Shown here in pieces: positions 45,942-57,470 of a stretch of 64,000 nucleotides of DNA (positions are counted from its first letter, which is position 1; every line of letters begins with the position of its first letter). The DNA is from Escherichia coli (GTDB lineage: Bacteria; Pseudomonadota; Gammaproteobacteria; Enterobacterales; Enterobacteriaceae). The stretch lies in assembly GCF_024502345.1 (NCBI RefSeq), contig NZ_JALDNN010000001.1; one strand, given 5' to 3'. The position numbers were made by a program, and so were the translations under genes. The notes beneath the pieces were generated by a model that had not been told where the DNA came from, did not search any database, and saw only the letters and a program-made list of their open reading frames with translations.

Positions 45942-46176
45942 ATGAGCGGGCATGAGGTAATGGTACAAAGAATAACCGCTATTATTGCAGAACTTTACCA
46001 GTACGGTTTTGTATCACGTAAGAAGATGATGGACGAATTCAACATCAGTGAGCGTACTTTGTATCGTGATCTTAATCGTCTGGGCGACAGAATCGTCCCC
46101 GATGGTGATGGTATTTACAGGCTGGCTCCCGCTTACGCTAAACCTCAGGCTCTAAAAGAACAACAAAATCTCGGCC
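45942..46176 (+). pseudogene. HTH (DeoR-like) regulator gene, 5' fragment (~78 codons), joined without IS to appC
   Basis: MSGHEVMVQRITAIIAELYQYGFVSRKKMMDEFNISERTLYRDLNRL; frame runs into appC sequence at ~46175. Confidence 0.45.
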
Positions 46177-47133
46177 ATGTTTATTATGGCGATCAGCGCC
46201 TGGTATTTACTGCGCGGACGGGAGCGCGATGTCGCATTACGCTCGTTTGCCATCGGTTCCGTCTTCGGTACTCTGGCGATTATTGGCACGCTGCAACTCG
46301 GAGACAGTTCTGCGTATGAAGTCGCGCAAGTACAACCGGTAAAACTGGCGGCGATGGAAGGGGAGTGGCAAACGGAACCTGCACCTGCACCGTTCCATGT
46401 GGTTGCCTGGCCGGAACAGGATCAAGAGCGTAACGCCTTTGCCATCAAAATTCCCGCGCTGCTAGGGATCCTCGCCACTCACTCATTAGATAAACCCGTG
46501 CCGGGTCTGAAGAATTTGATGGCTGAAACCTACCCACGCTTGCAACGCGGACGTATGGCCTGGCTGTTAATGCAGGAAATATCGCAAGGCAATCGTGAGC
46601 CGCATGTGTTGCAGGCATTCCGGGAACTGGAAGGTGACCTGGGCTACGGCATGTTGCTCTCCCGCTATGCGCCGGATATGAATCATGTCACAGCCGCACA
46701 GTACCAGGCGGCGATGCGTGGTGCAATACCTCAGGTTGCGCCGGTATTCTGGAGTTTCCGCATCATGGTGGGCTGTGGTTCCCTGCTGCTACTGGTGATG
46801 CTGATTGCGCTTGTCCAGACGCTGCGTGGCAAAATCGACCAGCATCGCTGGGTGCTGAAAATGGCGCTCTGGAGTTTGCCGTTGCCGTGGATTGCGATTG
46901 AAGCCGGGTGGTTTATGACCGAGTTTGGTCGTCAGCCGTGGGCGATACAGGACATCTTACCGACATACTCCGCGCACTCCGCCTTAACCACAGGACAACT
47001 GGCTTTCTCACTGATCATGATCGTAGGGCTTTACACCCTGTTCTTAATCGCCGAAGTCTACCTGATGCAGAAATATGCCCGTCTGGGGCCGAGCGCGATG
47101 CAGAGTGAACAACCGACGCAGCAACAGGGGTAA
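46177..47133 (+). pseudogene. appC: Cytochrome bd-II oxidase subunit I (AppC/CbdA), 3' portion only (~318 of ~514 codons)
   Basis: C-terminal AppC sequence ...WIAIEAGWFMTEFGRQPWAIQDILPTYSAHS...; N-terminal heme-binding half absent. Confidence 0.8.
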
Positions 47134-47144
47134 AGGAGAAAATC

Positions 47145-48281
47145 ATGTTTGATTATGAAACATTGCGCTTCATCTGGTGGCTGCTGATTGGCGTGATCCT
47201 GGTGGTCTTTATGATCTCCGACGGATTTGACATGGGGATCGGCTGTTTGCTGCCGCTGGTGGCGCGTAATGATGATGAACGCCGGATAGTGATTAATAGC
47301 GTTGGTGCGCACTGGGAAGGCAATCAGGTCTGGTTGATCCTCGCAGGTGGGGCATTATTTGCCGCCTGGCCCAGAGTGTATGCAGCGGCGTTTTCCGGCT
47401 TTTATGTGGCGATGATCCTGGTGCTGTGCTCGCTGTTCTTCCGCCCGCTGGCCTTTGATTATCGCGGAAAAATCGCCGATGCACGCTGGCGTAAAATGTG
47501 GGATGCCGGTCTGGTCATCGGCAGTCTGGTGCCGCCGGTAGTCTTCGGTATCGCCTTCGGCAACTTGTTGCTCGGCGTGCCGTTTGCCTTCACACCGCAA
47601 TTACGCGTGGAGTATCTCGGCAGCTTCTGGCAACTGCTGACGCCATTCCCTTTATTGTGCGGATTGCTCAGCCTTGGGATGGTGATTTTGCAAGGTGGCG
47701 TCTGGTTACAACTGAAAACTGTTGGTGTGATTCATCTGCGTTCACAGCTGGCGACTAAACGCGCTGCACTGTTGGTGATGCTGTGCTTTTTGCTGGCGGG
47801 TTACTGGCTGTGGGTCGGTATTGATGGCTTTGTACTGCTCGCCCAGGATGCTAACGGTCCTTCCAATCCGTTAATGAAACTGGTGGCAGTGCTACCTGGT
47901 GCCTGGATGAATAATTTTGTCGAGTCGCCCGTTTTGTGGATCTTCCCGCTACTGGGGTTCTTCTGCCCATTGCTGACGGTGATGGCGATTTATCGTGGTC
48001 GCCCGGGTTGGGGATTTTTGATGGCATCATTGATGCAATTTGGCGTGATTTTCACGGCAGGCATCACGCTGTTCCCCTTTGTCATGCCGTCAAGCGTGAG
48101 TCCAATCTCCAGCCTGACGTTGTGGGACAGCACTTCCAGTCAGCTGACGCTGAGTATTATGTTGGTAATCGTGCTGATATTTTTGCCCATTGTGTTGCTC
48201 TACACTCTCTGGAGCTACTACAAAATGTGGGGGCGCATGACGACAGAAACTCTCCGCCGTAACGAAAACGAGCTGTACTAA
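47145..48281 (+). CDS. appB: Cytochrome bd-II oxidase subunit II (AppB/CbdB)
   Basis: 378-aa membrane protein [33 protein letters not shown]... Confidence 0.9.
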
Positions 48282-48293
48282 GGAGCAGGAACA

Positions 48294-48386
48294 ATGTGGT
48301 ATTTACTTTGGTTCGTCGGCATTTTGTTGATGTGTTCGCTCTCCACCCTTGTGTTGGTATGGCTGGACCCGCGATTGAAAAGTTAA
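48294..48386 (+). CDS. appX: Cytochrome bd-II accessory small membrane protein AppX
   Basis: 30-codon ORF MWYLLWFVGILLMCSLSTLVLVWLDPRLKS with SD AGGAGCAGG upstream. Confidence 0.7.
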   Translation: MWYLLWFVGILLMCSLSTLVLVWLDPRLKS

Positions 48387-48465
48387 CGAACGTAAGTCTG
48401 ATGCGGCGCATTAGCGTCGTATCAGGCAATCAATAATGTCGGATATGAAAAGCGGAAACATATCG

Positions 48466-49764
48466 ATGAAAGCGATCTTGATCCCATTTTTATCTCTTCT
48501 GATTCCGTTAACCCCGCAATCTGCATTCGCTCAGAGTGAGCCGGAGCTGAAGCTGGAAAGTGTGGTGATTGTCAGTCGTCATGGTGTGCGTGCCCCAACC
48601 AAGGCCACGCAACTGATGCAGGATGTCACCCCAGACGCATGGCCAACCTGGCCGGTAAAACTGGGTTGGCTGACACCGCGCGGTGGTGAGCTAATCGCTT
48701 ATCTCGGACATTACCAACGCCAGCGTCTGGTAGCCGACGGATTGCTGACGAAAAAGGGCTGCCCGCAGCCTGGTCAGGTCGCGATTATTGCTGATGTCGA
48801 CGAGCGTACCCGTAAAACAGGCGAAGCCTTCGCCGCCGGGCTGGCACCTGACTGTGCAATAACCGTACATACCCAGGCAGATACGTCCAGTCCCGATCCG
48901 TTATTTAATCCTCTAAAAACTGGCGTTTGCCAACTGGATAACGCGAACGTGACTGACGCGATCCTCAGCAGGGCTGGAGGGTCAATTGCTGACTTTACCG
49001 GGCATCGGCAAACGGCGTTTCGCGAACTGGAACGGGTGCTTAATTTTCCGCAATCAAACTTGTGCCTTAACCGTGAGAAACAGGACGAAAGCTGTTCATT
49101 AACGCAGGCATTACCATCGGAACTCAAGGTGAGCGCCGACAATGTCTCATTAACCGGTGCGGTAAGCCTCGCATCAATGCTGACGGAGATATTTCTCCTG
49201 CAACAGGCACAGGGAATGCCGGAGCCGGGGTGGGGAAGGATCACTGATTCACACCAGTGGAACACGTTGCTAAGTTTGCATAACGCGCAATTTTATTTAC
49301 TACAACGCACGCCGGAGGTTGCCCGCAGCCGCGCCACCCCGTTGTTGGATTTGATCATGACAGCGTTGACGCCCCATCCACCGCAAAAACAGGCGTATGG
49401 TGTGATATTACCCACTTCAGTGCTGTTTATCGCCGGACACGATACTAATCTGGCAAATCTCGGCGGCGCACTGGAGCTCAACTGGACGCTTCCAGGTCAG
49501 CCGGATAACACGCCGCCAGGTGGTGAACTGGTGTTTGAACGCTGGCGTCGGCTAAGCGATAACAGCCAGTGGATTCAGGTTTCGCTGGTCTTCCAGACTT
49601 TACAGCAGATGCGTGATAAAACGCCGCTGTCATTAAATACGCCGCCCGGAGAGGTGAAACTGACCCTGGCAGGATGTGAAGAGCGAAATGCGCAGGGCAT
49701 GTGTTCGTTGGCCGGTTTTACGCAAATCGTGAATGAAGCACGCATACCGGCGTGCAGTTTGTAA
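48466..49764 (+). CDS. appA: Periplasmic acid phosphatase / phytase AppA
   Basis: 432 aa from MKAILIPFLSLLIPLTPQSAFA; histidine acid phosphatase motif RHGVRAP. Confidence 0.9.
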   Translation: MKAILIPFLSLLIPLTPQSAFAQSEPELKLESVVIVSRHGVRAPTKATQLMQDVTPDAWPTWPVKLGWLTPRGGELIAYLGHYQRQRLVADGLLTKKGCPQPGQVAIIADVDERTRKTGEAFAAGLAPDCAITVHTQADTSSPDPLFNPLKTGVCQLDNANVTDAILSRAGGSIADFTGHRQTAFRELERVLNFPQSNLCLNREKQDESCSLTQALPSELKVSADNVSLTGAVSLASMLTEIFLLQQAQGMPEPGWGRITDSHQWNTLLSLHNAQFYLLQRTPEVARSRATPLLDLIMTALTPHPPQKQAYGVILPTSVLFIAGHDTNLANLGGALELNWTLPGQPDNTPPGGELVFERWRRLSDNSQWIQVSLVFQTLQQMRDKTPLSLNTPPGEVKLTLAGCEERNAQGMCSLAGFTQIVNEARIPACSL

Positions 49765-49774
49765 TGCATAAAAA

Positions 49775-49800
49775 AGAGCATTCAGCTACCTGAATGCTCT
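49775..49800. terminator. Hairpin between convergent appA and etk ends
   Basis: Perfect 11-bp inverted repeat agagcattcag-ctac-ctgaatgctct. Confidence 0.45.
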
Positions 49801-49830
49801 GAGGCTGATGACAAACGAAGAACTGTCTAA

Positions 49831-49870
49831 TGCGTAGACCGGAAAAGGCGTTCACGCCGCATCCGGTCAC
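49831..49870. repeat. REP (repetitive extragenic palindromic) element
   Basis: tgcgtagaccggaaaaggcgttcacgccgcatccggtcac resembles the E. coli REP consensus. Confidence 0.5.
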
Positions 49871-49883
49871 TTTACCTTCAGTT

Positions 49884-50578
49884 TTACTCTTTCTCGGAGT
49901 AACTATAACCGTAATAGTTATAGCCGTAACTGTAAGCGGTGCTGGCGCGTTTAATCACACCATTGAGGATAGCGCCTTTAATATTGACGCCTGCCTGTTC
50001 CAGACGCTGCATTGACAAGCTCACCTCTTTGGCGGTGTTCAGGCCAAAACGCGCAACCAGCAGGCTGGTGCCGACAGAGCGCCCCACGACCGCAGCATCG
50101 CTCACCGCCAGCATCGGCGGCGTATCGACAATCACCAGATCGTAATGGTCGTTCGCCCATTCCAGTAATTGACGCATCCGATCGCGCATCAGCAGTTCAG
50201 ACGGGTTAGGTGGCATCTGACCGCGAGTAATCACATCAAAGCCTCCTTTGCCAAAATGCTGGATCACTTTGTTGAGCTCATCTTTACCTGCCAGATATTC
50301 CGACAAGCCATGTGCATTACTCACGGTAAACAGGTTATGCGAATAACCATGGCGTAAGTCGGCATCAATAAATAACACTTTTTGATCGGACTGGGCGATC
50401 ACCGCTGCCAGAGTTGAACTGACAAATGTTTTACCACTGTCTGGCGTCGCACCGGTGATCATCAGAATGTTATTCTCAGTCTCCATCATAGCGAAATGCA
50501 GACTGGTTCGTAGCGCACGTACGGCTTCCACAGCAGAATCCGCCGGGTTATCCACCGCCAGGAAGGGGATATTTTTAG
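49884..50578 (-). pseudogene. etk: Tyrosine-protein kinase Etk/Wzc family, C-terminal ~230 codons only; 5' part removed at the IS5 junction
   Basis: Walker A/B kinase domain (GATPDSGKTFVSSTLAAV, DLVIVDTPP) and Tyr-rich tail YSYGYNYYGYSYSEKE; reading frame runs into the IS5 end at 50579. Confidence 0.75.
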
Positions 50579-51773
<1,195 letters not shown>

Positions 51774-52368
51774 CAAGAGAACGCAACAGCGCACTTGCTT
51801 TGCCACAGTTGAATTTTGTGCCGTAACGATGTGCAAGCATGTAAGCATAAGGAGTCAAGGTATAGCGTGTTACTTAGTTACTCGGATTAACAATCCCAAC
51901 GTACAGAGCGGCGGATTTACAGAGTCAGCGCAGTCCCTGCTCCGGCAGTCAGTGGCAGGCGGCGTACTGAAGCAAACCATTATCGATACCGGCATCGGCG
52001 ATACCATCGGCATGCTGATGTCACACGGCAATATTTCTCCCTACATCATGGCGTGGTTGATAACCGTGCTGATCCGTCTGGCAACGGGTCAGGGCGTGGT
52101 CTCAGCCATGACGGCGGCGGGGATTATTAGCGCAGCAATCCTCGACCCGGCAACCGGTCAACTGGTGGGCGTCGACCCGGCGTTGCTGGTGCTGGCAACA
52201 GCGGCTGGCTCCAACACGCTGACCCATATCAACGATGCTTCGTTCTGGCTGTTCAAAGGCTACTTTGATCTGTCGGTGAAGGATACGCTGAAAACCTGGG
52301 GTCTGCTGGAGCTGGTAAACTCCGTGGTTGGCCTGATAATCGTGTTGATCATCAGCATGATTGCATAA
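51774..52368 (+). pseudogene. GntP-family permease, C-terminal fragment
   Basis: ...[44 protein letters not shown]...[27 protein letters not shown]; 5' boundary not resolved, upstream frame runs into IS5. Confidence 0.55.
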
Positions 52369-52417
52369 CGTTGATACCGCTCTGGCCCACAGCGCCAGAG
52401 CGGTTTTCCATCCTGCC

Positions 52418-53113
52418 TCAACAATCCTCAATAATCAGATATACCGCCTTCACCGGACCATGCACCCCAACCACCTTGATAAGCTCAATATCCGCCGTCG
52501 AGCTGGGTCCACTGATGATATTAATGCACGATGGCATACGCTCACCGGCCTGTGCTTTCTGATGCAGTTTTTCTGCCAGCTGCGCCACGCGCGGCAGGAT
52601 GGTGCTTTTACGCAGCACGAAAATAGAGGACTCCGGCAACAGGCTCAGGGAGCGCCCGCGCTCCGGTGCGGAAAACAGCACCACGCCGCCGGACTCGGTC
52701 AGGCCATATTCGGCATACACCACGCCGACTTTCGCCTGCTCGGCCTGGGTAATATTTTCGCTACCACGCGCCGGATCCCAGACCACGGCGTTGCATTCCT
52801 GCTGCAAGCGTTCGGTGATGCCCAGCTCCACCAGCCGGCTGTCGCCGCTCAGCACCACCGGCTGCTGACCCAATTCTTCGCACAGGCGCAGTGCCGCGTC
52901 TGCGGCCTGGTCCTCGCTGGTCAGTTCGCAGCGGGCCAGCATCACTTCGCTGGCAAACTGGATAAACGCAGAGCAGCGCTGCTCGGGGCTAAGCTCGGTC
53001 AGGCGCTCGTTGGCATAGTTGTTAACCGGTGCGGCATCCGCTTGCGGTTCGAAGCGCAGCGGGCGACCCAGCGCCTGGGCGATGGTGTTTAAAAACGCGG
53101 TACGGTTATCCAT
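52418..53113 (-). CDS. ykgG: LutC-like lactate utilization protein YkgG
   Basis: 231 aa from MDNRTAFLNTIAQALGRPL; overlaps ykgF stop. Confidence 0.85.
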   Translation of the reverse strand: MDNRTAFLNTIAQALGRPLRFEPQADAAPVNNYANERLTELSPEQRCSAFIQFASEVMLARCELTSEDQAADAALRLCEELGQQPVVLSGDSRLVELGITERLQQECNAVVWDPARGSENITQAEQAKVGVVYAEYGLTESGGVVLFSAPERGRSLSLLPESSIFVLRKSTILPRVAQLAEKLHQKAQAGERMPSCINIISGPSSTADIELIKVVGVHGPVKAVYLIIEDC

Positions 53114-54533
53114 TCTTTTTCTCCTGCGCCTGATGTTTCTTAAACCAGCTGCGGAAGCTCTCGCCGTCAGCATCAGGCAGATCGCGCGCCTCCATCCAGT
53201 CACCAATCGCGCCAACCTTGAGCGGGGTTTTGCCGCCATTGATAAACCAGCTCGCCGCATGCGCGCCCGCCATCATCCCGACTTTCCACAGCCCCGGATG
53301 GCTATTGGCATAGGCGAACATCTTGATCGCCCGTCGCTCGGCTTTCGGCGTAATGCCCTCCTCGGCCATCACCCGGCGATGACGCAGGATCAGTTTTGAC
53401 AACGGAATACGCACCGGGCAGACGCTGTCACAAGCCGTGCACAAAGAACAGGCGTACGGCAGGTCTTTAAAATCTTTATAGCCGCCGAGCAGCGGAGAAA
53501 TCACCGCGCCGATAGGGCCGGGATAGATAGAGCCATAGCCGTGCCCGCCGATGTGGCGGTACGCCGGACAGGTGTTCATACAGGCTCCGCAGCGGATGCA
53601 GCGCAGCACATCGCGAAACTCTGAGCCCAGCACCTGCGAGCGACCGTTATCGACAATCACCAGATGGAACTCTTCCGGTCCGTCAACGTTGTCCGCCTCA
53701 CGCGGGCCGGTCAGCCAGGTGTTGTAGCCCGTCAGACGTGCGCCCACGGCGCTGCGCGCCAGCATGGTAATCAGCACATCCACCTCGGCAAAGGTCGGCG
53801 CGATACGCTCCATGCCCATCACCGCAATGTGCGTTTTCGGTAGCGTGGTGCACATGCGCGCGTTGCCTTCGTTGGTCACCAGACACACCGAGCCGGTTTC
53901 CGCCACGGCAAAGTTACAGCCAGTAATACCGATTTCGGCACTGAGGAAATCCTCGCGGATCTTCTGACGAATGAACAAGGTCATAGCTTCCGGGGTTTCC
54001 GGGCCGTCGTACCCCAGACGTTCGTTCAGCACGCGGCGGATCTGGTAGCGATCTTTATGAATCGCCGGAACCACGACGTGCGAAGGCGGATCCTGATCCA
54101 ACTGCAGGATATATTCCCCGAGATCGGTTTCGATCACCTGGATTCCGGCATCCTGCAACACATGGTTGACGCTGATTTCTTCGGTCACCATCGACTTGGA
54201 CTTCACCACCTTCTGCGCATTTTTACTCTGCGCGACCTGCAAAATGTAGCGAGTGGCATCTTCTTTGGTTTTGGCGAAATAGACGTGTCCGCCGTTTTCC
54301 GTCACTTTCTCGGAGAGTTGGTACAGGTAAGCGTCGAGGTTGCTCAGAACGTGATCGCGGATCTGGCTGGCACGATCGCGCCATTCTTCCCAGTGGCCTA
54401 ACTCATCGACCATTTTTTGCCGATTCGCGCCGATACGCTCCTGCGCATTAGCCACGGCTTTGCGCATAATCGGATCTTCTATCTGCTGACGAATACGCAG
54501 TTTAAATTCTACATCGCTGGTTTTTATCGACAT
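53106..54533 (-). CDS. ykgF: LutB-like iron-sulfur lactate utilization protein YkgF
   Basis: 475 aa with two CxxCxxCxxxCP ferredoxin motifs. Confidence 0.85.
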   Translation of the reverse strand: MSIKTSDVEFKLRIRQQIEDPIMRKAVANAQERIGANRQKMVDELGHWEEWRDRASQIRDHVLSNLDAYLYQLSEKVTENGGHVYFAKTKEDATRYILQVAQSKNAQKVVKSKSMVTEEISVNHVLQDAGIQVIETDLGEYILQLDQDPPSHVVVPAIHKDRYQIRRVLNERLGYDGPETPEAMTLFIRQKIREDFLSAEIGITGCNFAVAETGSVCLVTNEGNARMCTTLPKTHIAVMGMERIAPTFAEVDVLITMLARSAVGARLTGYNTWLTGPREADNVDGPEEFHLVIVDNGRSQVLGSEFRDVLRCIRCGACMNTCPAYRHIGGHGYGSIYPGPIGAVISPLLGGYKDFKDLPYACSLCTACDSVCPVRIPLSKLILRHRRVMAEEGITPKAERRAIKMFAYANSHPGLWKVGMMAGAHAASWFINGGKTPLKVGAIGDWMEARDLPDADGESFRSWFKKHQAQEKKNG

Positions 54534-54543
54534 CTCTTTCCCC

Positions 54544-55263
54544 TCAGCGGCTCATCAGCACTTCAGCAATATGCATCACTTTGACCGGCTGGCCTTCCCG
54601 TTGCAGTCGACCGCCAATGTTCAGCAGGCAGCTAACGTCTGCGCCAATCAAAAATTCCGGCTTTGCGTCCATCAGATGTAATACTTTCTCTTTCACCATC
54701 TCACCGGATATCTCGGCCATCTTGACCGAGAACGTCCCGCCAAAGCCGCAACAGGTATCCTGATCGGCAAACGTCAACAGCTCCAGTCCGCGCACGTTTT
54801 TCAGCAGCGTAAGCGGCTCTTCCTTCACTCCCAGTTTGCGGGTCAGGCTACAGGAAGGATGATACACAGCGCGGCCCTGCAGGCTGGCACCAACGTCCAC
54901 CACACCCAGTTTGTTGACGATAAAGGAGGTGAGATCCTGCATACGCGCGGAAACTTTCTCAGCACGCAGCGCCCATTCCGGTTCATCGGCCAGATACGTC
55001 GGGTAGCTTTTAACCGCGTAGGTGCAGGAGCCCGCCGGGGAGATAATCGGATCGTCGTTGTCTTCCAGCGCGGCGATCAGGTTTTTCATCCCGGGGATCG
55101 CCTCTTTGATGTAACCGCTGTTGATGGCTGGCTGACCGCAACACCCTTGCTTCTCGGGGAAATTAACGCGACAACCCAGTTTTTCCAGCAGCAATACGGA
55201 GTCTCGTGCCATCCGTGATTTCAGTGCGTCACCAATACAGGTGACAAAGAAATTTACATTCAC
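54544..55263 (-). CDS. ykgE: LutA-like Fe-S oxidoreductase YkgE (cysteine-rich domain)
   Basis: 239 aa MNVNFFVTCIGDALKSRMARDSVLLLEKLGCRV... with CCG motifs. Confidence 0.85.
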   Translation of the reverse strand: MNVNFFVTCIGDALKSRMARDSVLLLEKLGCRVNFPEKQGCCGQPAINSGYIKEAIPGMKNLIAALEDNDDPIISPAGSCTYAVKSYPTYLADEPEWALRAEKVSARMQDLTSFIVNKLGVVDVGASLQGRAVYHPSCSLTRKLGVKEEPLTLLKNVRGLELLTFADQDTCCGFGGTFSVKMAEISGEMVKEKVLHLMDAKPEFLIGADVSCLLNIGGRLQREGQPVKVMHIAEVLMSR

Positions 55264-55337
55264 AATAACTACTCCATTGCTTCATTTCTGTTTATTGCGC
55301 TTGATATCGCGATATCAAACAAATGTTCATTCGTATT

Positions 55338-57035
55338 TCATGCCCAGTTTTTATGTTTGCTGGTTTTACCAATACCTGGGTTCATAGTGTTGGTCGGATC
55401 ATTTTCCTGATAAAAACGTGCCAAATTTTCCGGCGCTTTATACAGATGGCCGACATTGTGTTCCGCCGGATATTGCGCTCCGCGTTGGCGCAGTAATTCC
55501 AGCATCTGTTCTTTTAACGCGTGGGCATCTACGCCTTTTTTAACGATATAATCCTGATGGAATACATGGCACATAAAATGGCCGTAATAGAGTTTATGCA
55601 CCAACTGACTGTCAATTTCCGCCGGTAAATGCTCATACCATTCGGTATCATTGCGGCGTAATGCAATATCCAGCGCGAGAATATCCTCAACCTCGTCAGA
55701 ATGAACGGCCTGATAACGAATGGCAGCACCCGCGGCGGCAAAACGATGCAGAAACGCCTTACTGCCCTCTTCCGCGGTACAGGTAAAGAACGCGCCCTCG
55801 GCCGATTTAAAATAGTCCGTTAACCATGCCTGGGCTTCGGCCACACCCTCACCGGACATTTTCAACATCAGATGGTGTTCATAGTTATCGCGCCAGGTCT
55901 TCATCCGCGCCGGGAGATGGCTCGGGAACAGATGGCTAAAAGCCTGCATCGCGCGGTCGGTAAAGTGCGGGCGAAAGATCTTCACCTTCTCAAGTATGGC
56001 CTCGGTACGCCCCTTCAGGTTGAAGAAGAACGGCATTTTGTCCGTGCCAAGTTTGTCGATCATCAGGAAGGTATCTTTGCTGTATTTCTCTGCAATATCA
56101 TAGATATCGCGGTGCATATACTCCCCAGCAACCGGCAGGTTTGTAAAATTCGCCAGGATGTGGCGGCGAATCTCAGTCAGGACATCAGTCTGATTGGTAC
56201 CGATATAAAAGACCTGCTGGTTCTTCTCGGCTTCAAAGGTATCCAGACGTACGGCAAACACCGCTAACTTGCCCGCACAGCCAGAGGATTCAAACAGGCG
56301 ATCCGGGTCAGCGTTGTAACGTGCTGGCGTGTCGGCATTGATGTCCCGCACGCGGCTAACATAGTCGTGATCGTGCGCGTGACGCCCGTCATGGTTGACG
56401 AGCACGGCTTCAATCGCATTGTTATCCAGCCGGGCAAGGATTTGCTCTGGCGTCTGACCTAGCTCAATGCCGAGGTGATTGACCAGCTGCAAGCGTCCCT
56501 GTTCATCAATACGGGCAAACAGCGACATCTCGGTATAAGCCGGGCCACGCTGGACCAGAGAACCGCCGGAGTTATTACAGATACCGCCGATAACCGACGC
56601 GCCGATGCACGAAGAGCCAATCACCGAATGCGGCTCACGGCCAAACGGCTTCAGCGCCTTTTCCAGCGAATACAGCGTGGTGCCCGGATAAGCCAGCACC
56701 TGCTTACCCTCATCCAGCACATGCAGACTGTCCAGCCGCAGCGTGCTGATAATGACGATCTCGCGGTCGTAATCATTACCATTGGGCGTCGAACCCTCAG
56801 TCAGGCCAGTGTTCGACGCCTGCATCAGGATTATTTTATCGGCCTCAACGCAGGCGCTAAGGACTTTCCAGAGTTCAAGCAAAGAGCCGGGGATAACCAC
56901 CGCCAGAGCATCACCCTGACCCGAGCGAAAACCCTTACGGTAACGCGCAGTTTTTGACGGTTCGGTGAGGATATGAGCAGGGCCAACCAATTGGGTAAGA
57001 GTTGTCAAAAAGGTCTTATTATCAGTATGTTTCAT
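55338..57035 (-). CDS. FAD-dependent D-lactate dehydrogenase, Dld paralog
   Basis: ~565 aa from MKHTDNKTFLTTLTQLVGPAHILTEPSKTARYRKGFRSGQGDALAVV; ORF-track start at 57083 is probably an extension. Confidence 0.8.
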   Translation of the reverse strand: MKHTDNKTFLTTLTQLVGPAHILTEPSKTARYRKGFRSGQGDALAVVIPGSLLELWKVLSACVEADKIILMQASNTGLTEGSTPNGNDYDREIVIISTLRLDSLHVLDEGKQVLAYPGTTLYSLEKALKPFGREPHSVIGSSCIGASVIGGICNNSGGSLVQRGPAYTEMSLFARIDEQGRLQLVNHLGIELGQTPEQILARLDNNAIEAVLVNHDGRHAHDHDYVSRVRDINADTPARYNADPDRLFESSGCAGKLAVFAVRLDTFEAEKNQQVFYIGTNQTDVLTEIRRHILANFTNLPVAGEYMHRDIYDIAEKYSKDTFLMIDKLGTDKMPFFFNLKGRTEAILEKVKIFRPHFTDRAMQAFSHLFPSHLPARMKTWRDNYEHHLMLKMSGEGVAEAQAWLTDYFKSAEGAFFTCTAEEGSKAFLHRFAAAGAAIRYQAVHSDEVEDILALDIALRRNDTEWYEHLPAEIDSQLVHKLYYGHFMCHVFHQDYIVKKGVDAHALKEQMLELLRQRGAQYPAEHNVGHLYKAPENLARFYQENDPTNTMNPGIGKTSKHKNWA

Positions 57036-57470
57036 GGAGGGCGGCTCTCCGCTCCTTATATCAGGGCCAGTGAAAATGGCCATAAGTTCATTTGTACGAC
57101 AAAACAGAATATTCCCTCAATCAATATCCACATGCAATACCCCATTTTATTTCTTTCGGCACCGCTCACATTTTTTAATGAAATTACCACTACCACATAA
57201 TTCATACTCCGTTCTTTTACTGGATGCCAAAACGCTTATTTCATTTATTGCAAAGACCATTTCATACCTATTAATGATTAACTCTAATGGGTATTATTAT
57301 ATTTAGTGGTTATTCATGTTTAATAAAAAAATAACATTATTTATACAATTATTAACCTTTGTAACTTTATTTCACTGAAGCGATTCAGTTTGCATTTTTT
57401 ATTTTATTATTAAGGTAGCCTCCTTCCCCCTAAATATAGTTAAGTCTAAAAAAGTAAATCGGGAATTGTA

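Noticed and set aside
48390-48435. REP-like palindrome between appX and appA
   Set aside because: Resembles REP consensus only loosely and overlaps the appA SD region; left unannotated.
52361-53092. 243-aa plus-strand ORF
   Set aside because: Antisense to ykgG and the start of ykgF; GC-rich open frame without SD.
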